Positions 48,702-57,301 of a stretch of DNA of 64,000 bases are shown in pieces. The position numbers and the translations under genes were made by a program. Within the stretch, counting starts at the first letter, position 1. Each line of letters starts with the position of its first letter. The notes under the pieces are model-generated. The model had not been told where the DNA came from. It searched no databases and saw only the letters and a list, made by a program, of their open reading frames with translations. This stretch comes from an uncultured Candidatus Rokubacteria bacterium (GTDB taxonomy: Bacteria > Methylomirabilota > Methylomirabilia > Rokubacteriales > DASRDR01), in assembly GCA_963805625.1 (NCBI GenBank), contig CAWDVE010000010.1, positions 704,001-768,000 of the forward strand, read 5' to 3'.

Positions 48702-49454
48702 TCACTGGAAGTCGAGGTCGCGCAAGTGGTCGGGATCGAGCGCCTCCAGGGCCGCAAGCTCAGCCGCTGTCGGCGGCGCGAGGAGCTCGATCTCCCCGAG
48801 CGCCTCGACCGCGAAGCCCGTTTGGCGCGTCACCTCCTCCAGCGTGGCGTCCGGCTGGAGCGCTTCGAGCCGCAACCCCGCCGGCGTCGCGCGGAACACG
48901 GCGAGCGGCGTCACCACGCGGTCGAGATTCCCGGTCGCGGTAACGAAGTCGACCGAGGACACGAGCGAGGCAAGGTCGTGCCGCGTCCGGAAGACGATCA
49001 CACGCCGGACGACCTGGAACAGCACAGCCGCGCCCCCACCCCCGGGCAGGCGGACCCGAGGCCGGGTGAAGTCCCCGATGACGGTGGAGTTGACGCGGCC
49101 CCGGCCGTCGACCTGTACGCAGCCGAGCAGCATCACGTCAATCCGGCCGCGCAGCGCCAGCTGGTAGACGTCGACGTTCGAGAGCACGACGGGCGATCCG
49201 GTCAGCCAGCCGGGACCCGATGATGAGCGCGGGAGCGTGTCCGGAGCACCGTCCAGACCGCCCCCGATCGAGATGTGGCGAAGCCGCGGGGCGTGGAGTC
49301 GCCGGGCAAGGGCCAGCGCGAGCGACGGCAGGACAGAGTTCACACCGTGGCACGCCACCTCGCCGTCACGGACCAGACGGGCGAGGGTGACGGCCATCAT
49401 CTCGGGAACGCCCACCACCCCGGCGGCCCGCCCCTCGGACTTCCCCACGATCAT
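48702..49454 (-). CDS. Family I CoA-transferase-fold beta subunit (GctB-like)
   Basis: LARRLHAP, LGCVQVDGRGRVNST, RLPGGGGA, VDFVTA, VVTPLAVF. Confidence 0.85.
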   Translation of the reverse strand: MIVGKSEGRAAGVVGVPEMMAVTLARLVRDGEVACHGVNSVLPSLALALARRLHAPRLRHISIGGGLDGAPDTLPRSSSGPGWLTGSPVVLSNVDVYQLALRGRIDVMLLGCVQVDGRGRVNSTVIGDFTRPRVRLPGGGGAAVLFQVVRRVIVFRTRHDLASLVSSVDFVTATGNLDRVVTPLAVFRATPAGLRLEALQPDATLEEVTRQTGFAVEALGEIELLAPPTAAELAALEALDPDHLRDLDFQ

Positions 49455-49497
49455 GGGCGCGCCCTGGGGTTGCTCGGACGGCCCTGGGTCGGTGGGC

Positions 49498-50301
49498 TCA
49501 AGGGGTCGACTCGAGGTACGCGCGGAGCCCTTCGAGTGTTCGTGCAGCCTCGAGGTACCGGCGCACGCTCGCCTCGTCGATGTCGTAATACCCCGGGCAA
49601 CCGCCCGGCCGGGCGCCTCCGGGCAGCTCGACCACGGACGCAACGGACAGCTCGGAAATTCGCGTCAGCTCGGGGATCCGGGCCAGCTCCTCCGGCGGAA
49701 CGATGCGCTCCGCCGTGAGGATCACCTCATCCGCCGCCTGGGCCATCAACACGTCGTAGCCGGGCGACCCGACGATACGGGCGTTCCCGGCGGCATCCGC
49801 CTCCTGGACGTGGAGAATGGCCCAGCGTGGCCGGAGCGCTGGCACCACGTAGATCTCGTCCCCCGTCCACGGATCCTTCACGGTCCGGAAATCCGCCGTG
49901 GCTGGCAGGTCGGTATCCCGGAAGCCGGGGACCGGCTCGAACGGCACGCCCAGGGATGCGGCCCGCAGCCCCGCCATCACGCCCACTCAGGAGAACTCGC
50001 GCACCCGGATGAGCCCGGCCTCGACAGCCCGGCGGTAGTTCGGGAGGGCACCGCCAAAGGCTGACTCGAGGGACGCGACACCGGCGTCCACCTCCGCAAG
50101 GCACCCGGAGGCGCAGAGAAGGTCGAGGTCGTAGGAGGGTGAGGGCTTGGACAGGCGGAGATTCCGCCGCCCCTGGCGAGCGAGTTCCCGGACGAACGCC
50201 GCCGGGATGCGGTGCAGCATCACGCCGCCGATAGTGATGTGGTCCCCGTCCGCGACGAGCGACGCCGCCCGTGCCAGCGAGACGAGCTTCCCTTCACTCA
50301 T
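49498..50301 (-). CDS. Predicted selenoprotein: family I CoA-transferase-fold alpha subunit (GctA/IpdA-like)
   Basis: Track ORFs 49987..50301 and 49498..49986 are contiguous and in frame across one TGA (49989-49987): ...VREFS-U-VGVMAGLRAASLGVPF...; HVQEADAAGN; SECIS-like hairpin follows. Confidence 0.8.
49952..49972 (-). promoter_or_regulatory. Putative bacterial SECIS element
   Basis: Minus strand gggg-c-tgcg-GGC-cgca-t-ccct; first loop G is 24 nt after the UGA. Confidence 0.55.
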
Positions 50302-50435
50302 CGCAGCGATCTGGTCTCGACAGTGTCAGCCATTCATCCAGCCGGCCTTCGGCTGGCATCACGAAGATCCGGGGCAGACCCGAGGCGACGAGGACCAGGG
50401 ACATCGCGTTCCCCAGTCCGCCGAGGGGCCAGCGG

Positions 50436-52172
50436 TCACCGCCGGCGGGCTTTCGGCGGAGGCCGCTTGGCGAGGCGGAGATCGGCCAGCACCGCCCGGG
50501 CCGCCCGCACGCCCTCGGCGGCCGCCCCCTCCATGAACCCCTGGAACTCCGTCGACGTGTGCTCCCCTGCGAAGTGAACGTTGCGCTGCCGGACGGCCTC
50601 GTAGCCGCCGAACGCCTGATATTGCCCGACCCGGTAGTACGAGTACGACCCGTTCAGGTTGGGGTCGAGGAAGGGCACGGACAGGGTCGCCAGCCCATTC
50701 CACTCGGGTGTGACCCTGGGCCACACGGTCTCGAGGGTCGCCAGTGTCGATCGCGCCACGTCCGCCACGTGCGAGTGGGCGCCCGCATCCCCCCAGGGCA
50801 GCGGGGCCGCCAGGGCTCCGGACGCCTCGTCGAGCCCGTAGCAGACGAGGAGGCCGCTCCCGCCGGACTGACCGCGCGAGGACTCCCAGGTCACGAGGGG
50901 TCCGCGATCTGTGGCCACGACGCCGGTCCCCGGCGGCGCGGCGTCCGGCCTGCGCCAGGAGCGGCTGGCCAGCTGGAGGTGGAGCTTCGAGTTGCGCCCC
51001 ATGCCCAGTTCCTCGATGGCGCGCCGCTTCAGCGGGTCGAAGCCGGCCCGGGCGTAGTCGAGACCGCGGAGAACGGCGAATGGCAGCGCCAGGATCACAT
51101 GATCGGCCCGGACGCTCTTCGACCCCTCGGGTGTCTCGAAGTCCAGGGCAACGCGGCCATCGGCTTCGCGCCCGAGCGCCCGGAGTCGCGAGTGAAGCCG
51201 CACCGTATCCTTCGGGAGGGCTGCCGCGATGGCCCGAGGCAGCCGGTCGTTGCCGCCCGCGATTCGGAAGCGCTCGTCGGACATGCCGGTGAGGGACAGC
51301 CGTCCTCCGGGCGGCTGCTCCCCGAGGAGGTATACGAGATTGAGCGCCGACTGGTCGGTCGTCGGAGCGCCGTACTCGAGCGCGTAGGCCACGTCGAGAA
51401 GCCGGCCGAGCCGCGACGACGTACCGCCAGCGACGCGCGCCTCGATCCACTCCCGGATGCTCATGCGGTCGAGCGCCACCCCCGCCGGCGTTCGGGTCTT
51501 GTGAGTCGTCTCGTCGCCCGCCGCGGCGAGATCTCGCCGGAGGAGCGGATACATCGCCTGGAACTCACGATCGGCGTCGGCCACCGGGTAGAGACCACCC
51601 AGCACGTGGAACGCGTCCTCGGAGCCGGGCGCCTGGGCGGCGTGAAGATCAAGCGTCCCGAGACTGAAGCGCCGGGCGAGTCGAAGCATGGTCTGATGAT
51701 CGGTGTTGATGAGCTCCCCGCACCACTCGCTGACCTGGCCGTCCCGCCAGTAGCCTGTCGCGTTCGAGTGAACCCGGCCACCGACCTGTCCCGCGGCCTC
51801 GTAAACGGTGGCGGGGATGCCGGCGTCGTGAAGGGTCAGGGCAGCGCAGAGGCCGCCCAGCCCCGCCCCGACGATGGCCACCGTGGCCGGCGGCTTTCGC
51901 GGAGGCGCCTTCTTCGCCAGCGGAGGCGCCTGCGCGGCCTCGAGCCGATCGGCGCCGAGCGCCATCCAGGCCGCCACCGCGCCCCCGCTGAGGAGGAAGG
52001 CACGCCGCGAAACCGGGCACGAGCCGTCGCCCCGGACCGGCTCCGGACGCCGCCCTTCCCGCGCTCGGGCCCACTCGGCCCGGATCATGGCGGCCGGGAC
52101 GCCCCGCCGGTGAGCGACGAACTGGACGGCGGCAAGGGTCACGACCGCTTGTCCGAGTGGCGTCCTGGTCAT
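50436..52172 (-). CDS. Flavin monoamine oxidase family protein with a Tat-like motif
   Basis: SRRAFL, IVGAGLGGL, EAAGQVGGR, FAGEHTS..FQGFMEGA. Confidence 0.9.
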   Translation of the reverse strand: MTRTPLGQAVVTLAAVQFVAHRRGVPAAMIRAEWARAREGRRPEPVRGDGSCPVSRRAFLLSGGAVAAWMALGADRLEAAQAPPLAKKAPPRKPPATVAIVGAGLGGLCAALTLHDAGIPATVYEAAGQVGGRVHSNATGYWRDGQVSEWCGELINTDHQTMLRLARRFSLGTLDLHAAQAPGSEDAFHVLGGLYPVADADREFQAMYPLLRRDLAAAGDETTHKTRTPAGVALDRMSIREWIEARVAGGTSSRLGRLLDVAYALEYGAPTTDQSALNLVYLLGEQPPGGRLSLTGMSDERFRIAGGNDRLPRAIAAALPKDTVRLHSRLRALGREADGRVALDFETPEGSKSVRADHVILALPFAVLRGLDYARAGFDPLKRRAIEELGMGRNSKLHLQLASRSWRRPDAAPPGTGVVATDRGPLVTWESSRGQSGGSGLLVCYGLDEASGALAAPLPWGDAGAHSHVADVARSTLATLETVWPRVTPEWNGLATLSVPFLDPNLNGSYSYYRVGQYQAFGGYEAVRQRNVHFAGEHTSTEFQGFMEGAAAEGVRAARAVLADLRLAKRPPPKARRR

Positions 52173-52420
52173 GAACCGCTCCTCGTCGTTCGCCCGGCGG
52201 ATCAGTTCGCGGGACGAAGCTTTCGGCTTCCGCGGAAGATGGCTCCGCCGCTCGGCGGAATCGTAGCACAGGGAGTCTGCGCTCCCCACAGCACGCGCTT
52301 GATCTCGGCCAGGAGCCGGTCACCCTTCCCCGCGCCCTCATGGGGCGCGACCGCAACACGATCAGGCCATCCCCACGAGTTCCATGACAGAACCTCGCCA
52401 GGATTGCTATAGTGCGCGCC

Positions 52421-52984
52421 ATGCTGGAGCGTCTGCCGGGCTGGCTCAACTGGGCGCGAGACACGGAGCATGCGCGCCGCGTCGCCATCCTGGGGCGCAC
52501 CCCTGTCTTCGCGGGTCTCTCGCGCCGGCTGCTCGCGCGCCTCGCAGTGCAGCTCTTCGAGAAGGCCTACGCCCCCGGCGAGACCGTGTTCTCGGAGGGC
52601 GATCCCGGGAAGGGCCTGTTCATCGTCCTGGACGGCGAGATCGAGGTCGTCCGCGACACCGGCCAGGGCCCGCAACGGATCGTGACCTTCGGCCCCGGTA
52701 CCGCGTTCGGCGAGCTTGCCCTGATCGACGACCTCCCGCGCTCCGCCACCGCGCTCGCAACGTCGCCAACCCGCCTCCTGATCCTCTACCGGAGCCACTT
52801 CGAGGACTTGGTGGCCGGGGACCGCGTCATCGCGCTGATGGTCTCGAAGAACCTCCTGCGCCTCCTAGCCGGCTACGTGCGCGCCGCCAACGTGACGCGC
52901 GCCAAGGTCGAGGCGGCCGCCGGCCCAGCGGCCAGCGCCCCGGCGCCCGTCGCCGCCGGCAGCGCTCCGGCGGCGGTCCGGTGA
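52421..52984 (+). CDS. Cyclic nucleotide-binding domain protein
   Basis: VFSEGDPG, FGELALIDDLPRSATA; no HTH seen. Confidence 0.9.
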   Translation: MLERLPGWLNWARDTEHARRVAILGRTPVFAGLSRRLLARLAVQLFEKAYAPGETVFSEGDPGKGLFIVLDGEIEVVRDTGQGPQRIVTFGPGTAFGELALIDDLPRSATALATSPTRLLILYRSHFEDLVAGDRVIALMVSKNLLRLLAGYVRAANVTRAKVEAAAGPAASAPAPVAAGSAPAAVR

Positions 52985-54141
52985 GCGAAGGCTCCGTCCC
53001 TCCCGAGTCCCCGCAAGCGCCGCCACCGCCGCCACCGGCTGTGCCGGCGGCGCCCCCGCGTGGCGCGTCGCCGCTCGCGTGGCTCGCGGTCATTACGGCC
53101 GCCGTCGGCCTCGGCTTCCTACTCCGGGGCCTCGTGATCCCGATCGCGCTAGCCGCCCTCCTCGCGTATTTCCTGAATCCCCTCGCCGCGCGGATCCAGG
53201 GCTTCGGGATCCGCCGGACCGTGGCCGTGACCACGCTCTTCGCGGGCTTCGGCCTGCTCGGGGTCCTCCTCGCCACCGTGGTGGCCCCGCGCTTCCGCGC
53301 GGAGGGCGCGGCGTTGATGTCGAACCTCCCCTCGCTCGCCCGGACACTCGAGGTGGGGATCGACGGGCTCCAGGTGGAGCTCGCCCGGACCTACCCCCAG
53401 ACGCAGCGCTTTCTCCCGAAGGAGCCGCGACACGAGGGCTGGCTATTCGAGATGATCGAGGAACGCATGGGCAACGCCTCCGAGCTCCTGGCCCATGTCG
53501 GGCTGATCGCCTTCATCGTCGCGCTCACGCCCATCTTCGCGTTCTTCTTTCTCCGCGACGGGGGAGCCATCGTCGCGTACCTCATCGACCGCCTGCGACC
53601 CGTCCACATCGAGACGACCGTCGCTGTCTGGTGCGAGATCGACCGGATCATCGGTCGCTACCTCCGCGGCCTCGCCCTCGACGCGCTCGTGATCGGCGCC
53701 TTGACCACGGTGGGCCTCTGGCTCGTGGGCGCGCCGTACCCGTGGCTACTCGGCGCGTTCACGACCCTCGTGAACCCGCTGCCCTACCTCGGGACCGTCC
53801 TGAGCGTGGGCATGGCCGCGATCGTGTCGATCGCCAACGGGCAGCCGTTCCGCCAGATCGGCTGGATCGTCGCGGTCTACGTGATCATCCGGATCCTCGA
53901 CGACCTCGTCGTGGCGGCGGTCACGATCGGCGGCAGCGTCCACATGCACCCCATGCTGGTCATGGTATCGATCCTGGTCGGGGAGCAGACGCTCGGGCTC
54001 CTCGGCATGGTGGCTGCCGTACCCCTGGTGACCGTGGTCAAGGAGAGCGCGCGCCTCCTCCTCGAGCACCGCCGGAATCTCGCGCGGCCCCACGTGCCGA
54101 CGGGCGGACGGGCGGGACGCATCCCCCAGTATGTCTGCTGA
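52981..54141 (+). CDS. AI-2E (PerM) family transporter
   Basis: GTGA overlap; LLAYFLNP, FFFLRDG, YLRG, PYLG, MHPMLV, GMVAAVP. Confidence 0.9.
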   Translation: MSEGSVPPESPQAPPPPPPAVPAAPPRGASPLAWLAVITAAVGLGFLLRGLVIPIALAALLAYFLNPLAARIQGFGIRRTVAVTTLFAGFGLLGVLLATVVAPRFRAEGAALMSNLPSLARTLEVGIDGLQVELARTYPQTQRFLPKEPRHEGWLFEMIEERMGNASELLAHVGLIAFIVALTPIFAFFFLRDGGAIVAYLIDRLRPVHIETTVAVWCEIDRIIGRYLRGLALDALVIGALTTVGLWLVGAPYPWLLGAFTTLVNPLPYLGTVLSVGMAAIVSIANGQPFRQIGWIVAVYVIIRILDDLVVAAVTIGGSVHMHPMLVMVSILVGEQTLGLLGMVAAVPLVTVVKESARLLLEHRRNLARPHVPTGGRAGRIPQYVC

Positions 54142-55327
54142 CCTCACGCTCCCCGCCCGGCTGCTCATGGGCTCGGGACCGACGAACCCCGACCCCCGGG
54201 TCCTCCGCGCGATGGCAACTGGGCTCGTCGGGCAGTTCGACCCGGCGTTCACTGCCCTCATGACGGAAACGCAGGATCGACTCCGGCAAGTCTTCCGGAC
54301 GCGGAATCGCTCGACGTTCCCGGTCCCCGGAACCAGCCGCGCCGGCATGGAGGCGGCGGTCGTGAGTCTCGTCGAGCCGGGAGAGCGAGTCGTCGTCGTC
54401 GAGAATGGCCGTTTCGGGCTCCTCTTCGAGGAGATCGCCCGCCGCGCGGGCGCTGACGTCACGGTGGTGCGGGCGCCCTGGGGCGAGCCCGTGGACCCGG
54501 ACGACGTAAGGCGAAGCCTCGACACCACGCCGGCGGCGGCCGTGCTCGTCGTCCACGCCGAGACCTCGACCGGCATCATGAATCCCGTGCGGGAGGTGGC
54601 GGCTGCGGCCCGCCGGCAGGGAGCGGTCGTGATCGTGGACGCGGTGTGCTCCTTCGCGGGAGCGCCGCTCGAGACGGACGCCTGGGAGCTCGACGTCGTG
54701 GTGGCCGGCACCCAGAAGTGCCTGGGCTGCCCGTCAGGCCTCGGCCCCGTCACCTACTCGGATGCGGTCGCCGCCCGGATGGCGCGGCGCCGGAGCCCCA
54801 TCCGCTCGAATTACCTCGACCTCACTCAGATCGACCGATACTGGAGCCCCGAGCGCCTGAATCACCACACGGCGCCGACCACGATGGTCTACGGGCTCCG
54901 GGAAGCGCTCGGGATCGTGCTGGAGGAGGGCGTCGACGCTCGCATCGCGCGGCACCGGGGCGCGGGCGCGGCGATGGCGGCGGGGCTGGCGGCCCTCGGT
55001 CTCGAGCTCTACGGCCAGCCGTCAGGCCCGGGCAAGATGCCGATGCTGGCTCCCGTCCGCGTGCCGGATGACGTCGACGACGCGGCGTTCCGCTCCCGGC
55101 TGCTCGAAACGTACGGGGTCGAGATCATGGGCGCGTTCGGCTCCCTCGCCGGCCGGATCTGGCGGATCGGCACGATGGCCGGGAACGCCCGGCCCGCGGC
55201 GGTCTCGCGGACCCTGGGCGCCCTCGCGGACCTCCTCGGGCCGCGTGCACGCGGGGCGCTCCGCGACGCGCTCGCGGCAGCGGACCAGCACTTCGCCGCG
55301 CTGGCCCGCGCCGCGGCCCCCGCCTGA
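54131..55327 (+). CDS. Class V PLP aminotransferase (PucG/ureidoglycine-glyoxylate aminotransferase-like)
   Basis: LLMGSGP, GQFDP, HAETSTG, GTQKCL, SNYLDL, RLNHHTAPT. Confidence 0.9.
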   Translation: MSADLTLPARLLMGSGPTNPDPRVLRAMATGLVGQFDPAFTALMTETQDRLRQVFRTRNRSTFPVPGTSRAGMEAAVVSLVEPGERVVVVENGRFGLLFEEIARRAGADVTVVRAPWGEPVDPDDVRRSLDTTPAAAVLVVHAETSTGIMNPVREVAAAARRQGAVVIVDAVCSFAGAPLETDAWELDVVVAGTQKCLGCPSGLGPVTYSDAVAARMARRRSPIRSNYLDLTQIDRYWSPERLNHHTAPTTMVYGLREALGIVLEEGVDARIARHRGAGAAMAAGLAALGLELYGQPSGPGKMPMLAPVRVPDDVDDAAFRSRLLETYGVEIMGAFGSLAGRIWRIGTMAGNARPAAVSRTLGALADLLGPRARGALRDALAAADQHFAALARAAAPA

Positions 55328-55415
55328 CCCGGGGCATCTCCACCGCAACGAGCGCGCCCGCCCGCGGCGCGCTGAACACCACGGCCAGCGCGGTGTACCG
55401 CACGGGCTGATGGGG

Positions 55416-56321
55416 TCAGGATTCGCCGCGGAGCGTCGGATCGAGAAAGTCGCGTAGCCAGTCCCCGGTCCGGCTGACCACGAGCGAGGTCAGCATCAGC
55501 AGCACACCGGGGCACACCGAGATCCACCAGGCCGAGTCGAGGTATTCGCGACCCTCGTGAATCATCCCGCCCCAGGACGGCGTCGGAGGCTGGATCCCCA
55601 GTCCGAGGAAGGAGAGGGTCGCCTCCAGCACGATCGCCCGCGCCAGCTCGAGCGTTGCGATCACCATGAACGTCGACGTCACGTTGGGCAGCACGTGGCG
55701 GACGAGCACGCGAGGCACCGATCCGCCGAGGGCGAGGATCGCACTCACGAAGTCGCGCTGGCGGAGCGACAGGACCTGCGAGCGGAGCACCCGGGCGTAC
55801 GTCACCCAGCCCGAGAGCCCGACGACGATGATCAGGTTGGGAAACGACGGGCCCAGCACCGCGATGATCCCGATGGCGAGCAGGATGAACGGAAACGCGA
55901 GCTGGGCGTCCGCCACCGTCATCACGACCTCGTCCACCCACCCGCCGCGGAAGCCTGCGACGAGCCCGAGCAAGCCCCCCACGGCACCCCCGACCGCCAC
56001 CGCGGCGAAGCCGATGGTCAACGATACCCGCGTCCCGAACACCATGCGGGAGAGCACGTCGCGGCCGAGCTGGTCGGTGCCGAGAAGATACGCCTTGCCA
56101 TCGGAGGCCTCGAGGGTCGGCCCCTTGAGCCGCGCACGGAGTGAGCCGCGCTCCGGATTGTGCGGCGCGAGCAGTGGCGCTGCAAGCGCCACTGCCACGA
56201 GCAGCGCGACGAACACGCCCGAGGCGTAGAGCGGCCATGGAACGCGCGCCCGTCGCGCGGCGGGAGGTGCCGGCAGCGCCAGGGCCAGGGTGTCGGACGA
56301 CACGGTCCCCGCCTCCTTCAC
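55416..56321 (-). CDS. Peptide/nickel ABC transporter permease (DppC-type)
   Basis: LGTDQLGRDVLSR, HVLPN, LSFLGLGIQPPTPSWG. Confidence 0.93.
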   Translation of the reverse strand: MKEAGTVSSDTLALALPAPPAARRARVPWPLYASGVFVALLVAVALAAPLLAPHNPERGSLRARLKGPTLEASDGKAYLLGTDQLGRDVLSRMVFGTRVSLTIGFAAVAVGGAVGGLLGLVAGFRGGWVDEVVMTVADAQLAFPFILLAIGIIAVLGPSFPNLIIVVGLSGWVTYARVLRSQVLSLRQRDFVSAILALGGSVPRVLVRHVLPNVTSTFMVIATLELARAIVLEATLSFLGLGIQPPTPSWGGMIHEGREYLDSAWWISVCPGVLLMLTSLVVSRTGDWLRDFLDPTLRGES

Positions 56322-57241
56322 GCCCGCGCCCGCGGGTCGAGGATCCCGTAGAGGACGTCCAGCACGAGGTTGATCGCGATGAAGAGCACCGCTGCGATGA
56401 AGACGGTCGACTGCACCACCGGATAGTCGCGGTTGTAGATGGACTGGATCGCGAGGCGCCCGATGCCGGGCCAGGCGAACACCGTCTCTGTCACGACCGC
56501 GCCGCCGAGCAGCGTGCCGAACTGGAGGCCCGTGATGGTGAGGATCGGCAGCGCGGCGTTCCGCAGGGTGTGCTTCGTCACGACCCAGAGCTCCGACACG
56601 CCCTTGGCCCGGGCCGTCCGGACGAAGTCCGCGCGGAGGACCTCGAGCACCGCCGATCGGGTGATCCGCGCGATCGAGGCCATCGTGAAGGCGCCGAGCG
56701 TGAGCGCGGGGAGCACGAGGTTCCGCCAGTCCCCTCGCCCGGAGGTCGGGAACAGGTCGAGCCGGAGCGACAGCACCAGGATGAAGAGGATGCCGATGAA
56801 GAAGGTCGGCGCCGACTGTCCGACGAGGGCCAGACCCATCGCGGCATGGTCGAGGAGAGAGTTCCGCCGCACCGCCGACAGGACGCCGACCGGAAACGCG
56901 ACCAGCACCGCCACCACAAACGCGACGAGTCCCAGCTCGAACGTCGCCCGCAGGTAGGACCGTGCCACGTCCATCGCAGGCTGCCGGAAGTGGATCGAAC
57001 GCCCGAAGTCGCCCCGGAGCACGTTCGCAAGAAAGACCCCGTACTGGACCGGCAGGGACCGGTCCAGGCCAAGGTCGTGCCGCACGCGTTCCATCTCGGC
57101 GATCGGAGCATCGGGCGGCAGCAGGAGGGGCACCGGGTCGCCCGACAGGCGCATCACGACGAAGACGACCGTCGAGACGAGCCACAGCGCGACGAGGGTC
57201 CTGAAGAACCGGTAGGCGAGGAAGCCGCCGAAGCCGCGCAT
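56318..57241 (-). CDS. Peptide/nickel ABC transporter permease (DppB-type)
   Basis: GDFGRS, RTARAKG, TETVFAWPGIG, RDYPVVQ. Confidence 0.94.
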   Translation of the reverse strand: MRGFGGFLAYRFFRTLVALWLVSTVVFVVMRLSGDPVPLLLPPDAPIAEMERVRHDLGLDRSLPVQYGVFLANVLRGDFGRSIHFRQPAMDVARSYLRATFELGLVAFVVAVLVAFPVGVLSAVRRNSLLDHAAMGLALVGQSAPTFFIGILFILVLSLRLDLFPTSGRGDWRNLVLPALTLGAFTMASIARITRSAVLEVLRADFVRTARAKGVSELWVVTKHTLRNAALPILTITGLQFGTLLGGAVVTETVFAWPGIGRLAIQSIYNRDYPVVQSTVFIAAVLFIAINLVLDVLYGILDPRARA

Positions 57242-57253
57242 GGGCGGGAGCGG

Positions 57254-57283
57254 CCGGTCCCGGAGCGGACGCCCCGGGACCGG
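57254..57283. other. Intercistronic stem-loop after the binding-protein gene
   Basis: ccggtcccgg-N10-ccgggaccgg, a perfect 10-bp stem. Confidence 0.6.
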
Positions 57284-57301
57284 CGAGCTACCGTCGCGGC
57301 G

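Noticed and set aside
49987-49989. Reading the two in-frame TGAs (here and at 21132) as pseudogene lesions
   Set aside because: Both flanks are otherwise intact, the TGAs fall at plausible catalytic positions and both have a hairpin at the same offset. Not formally excluded.
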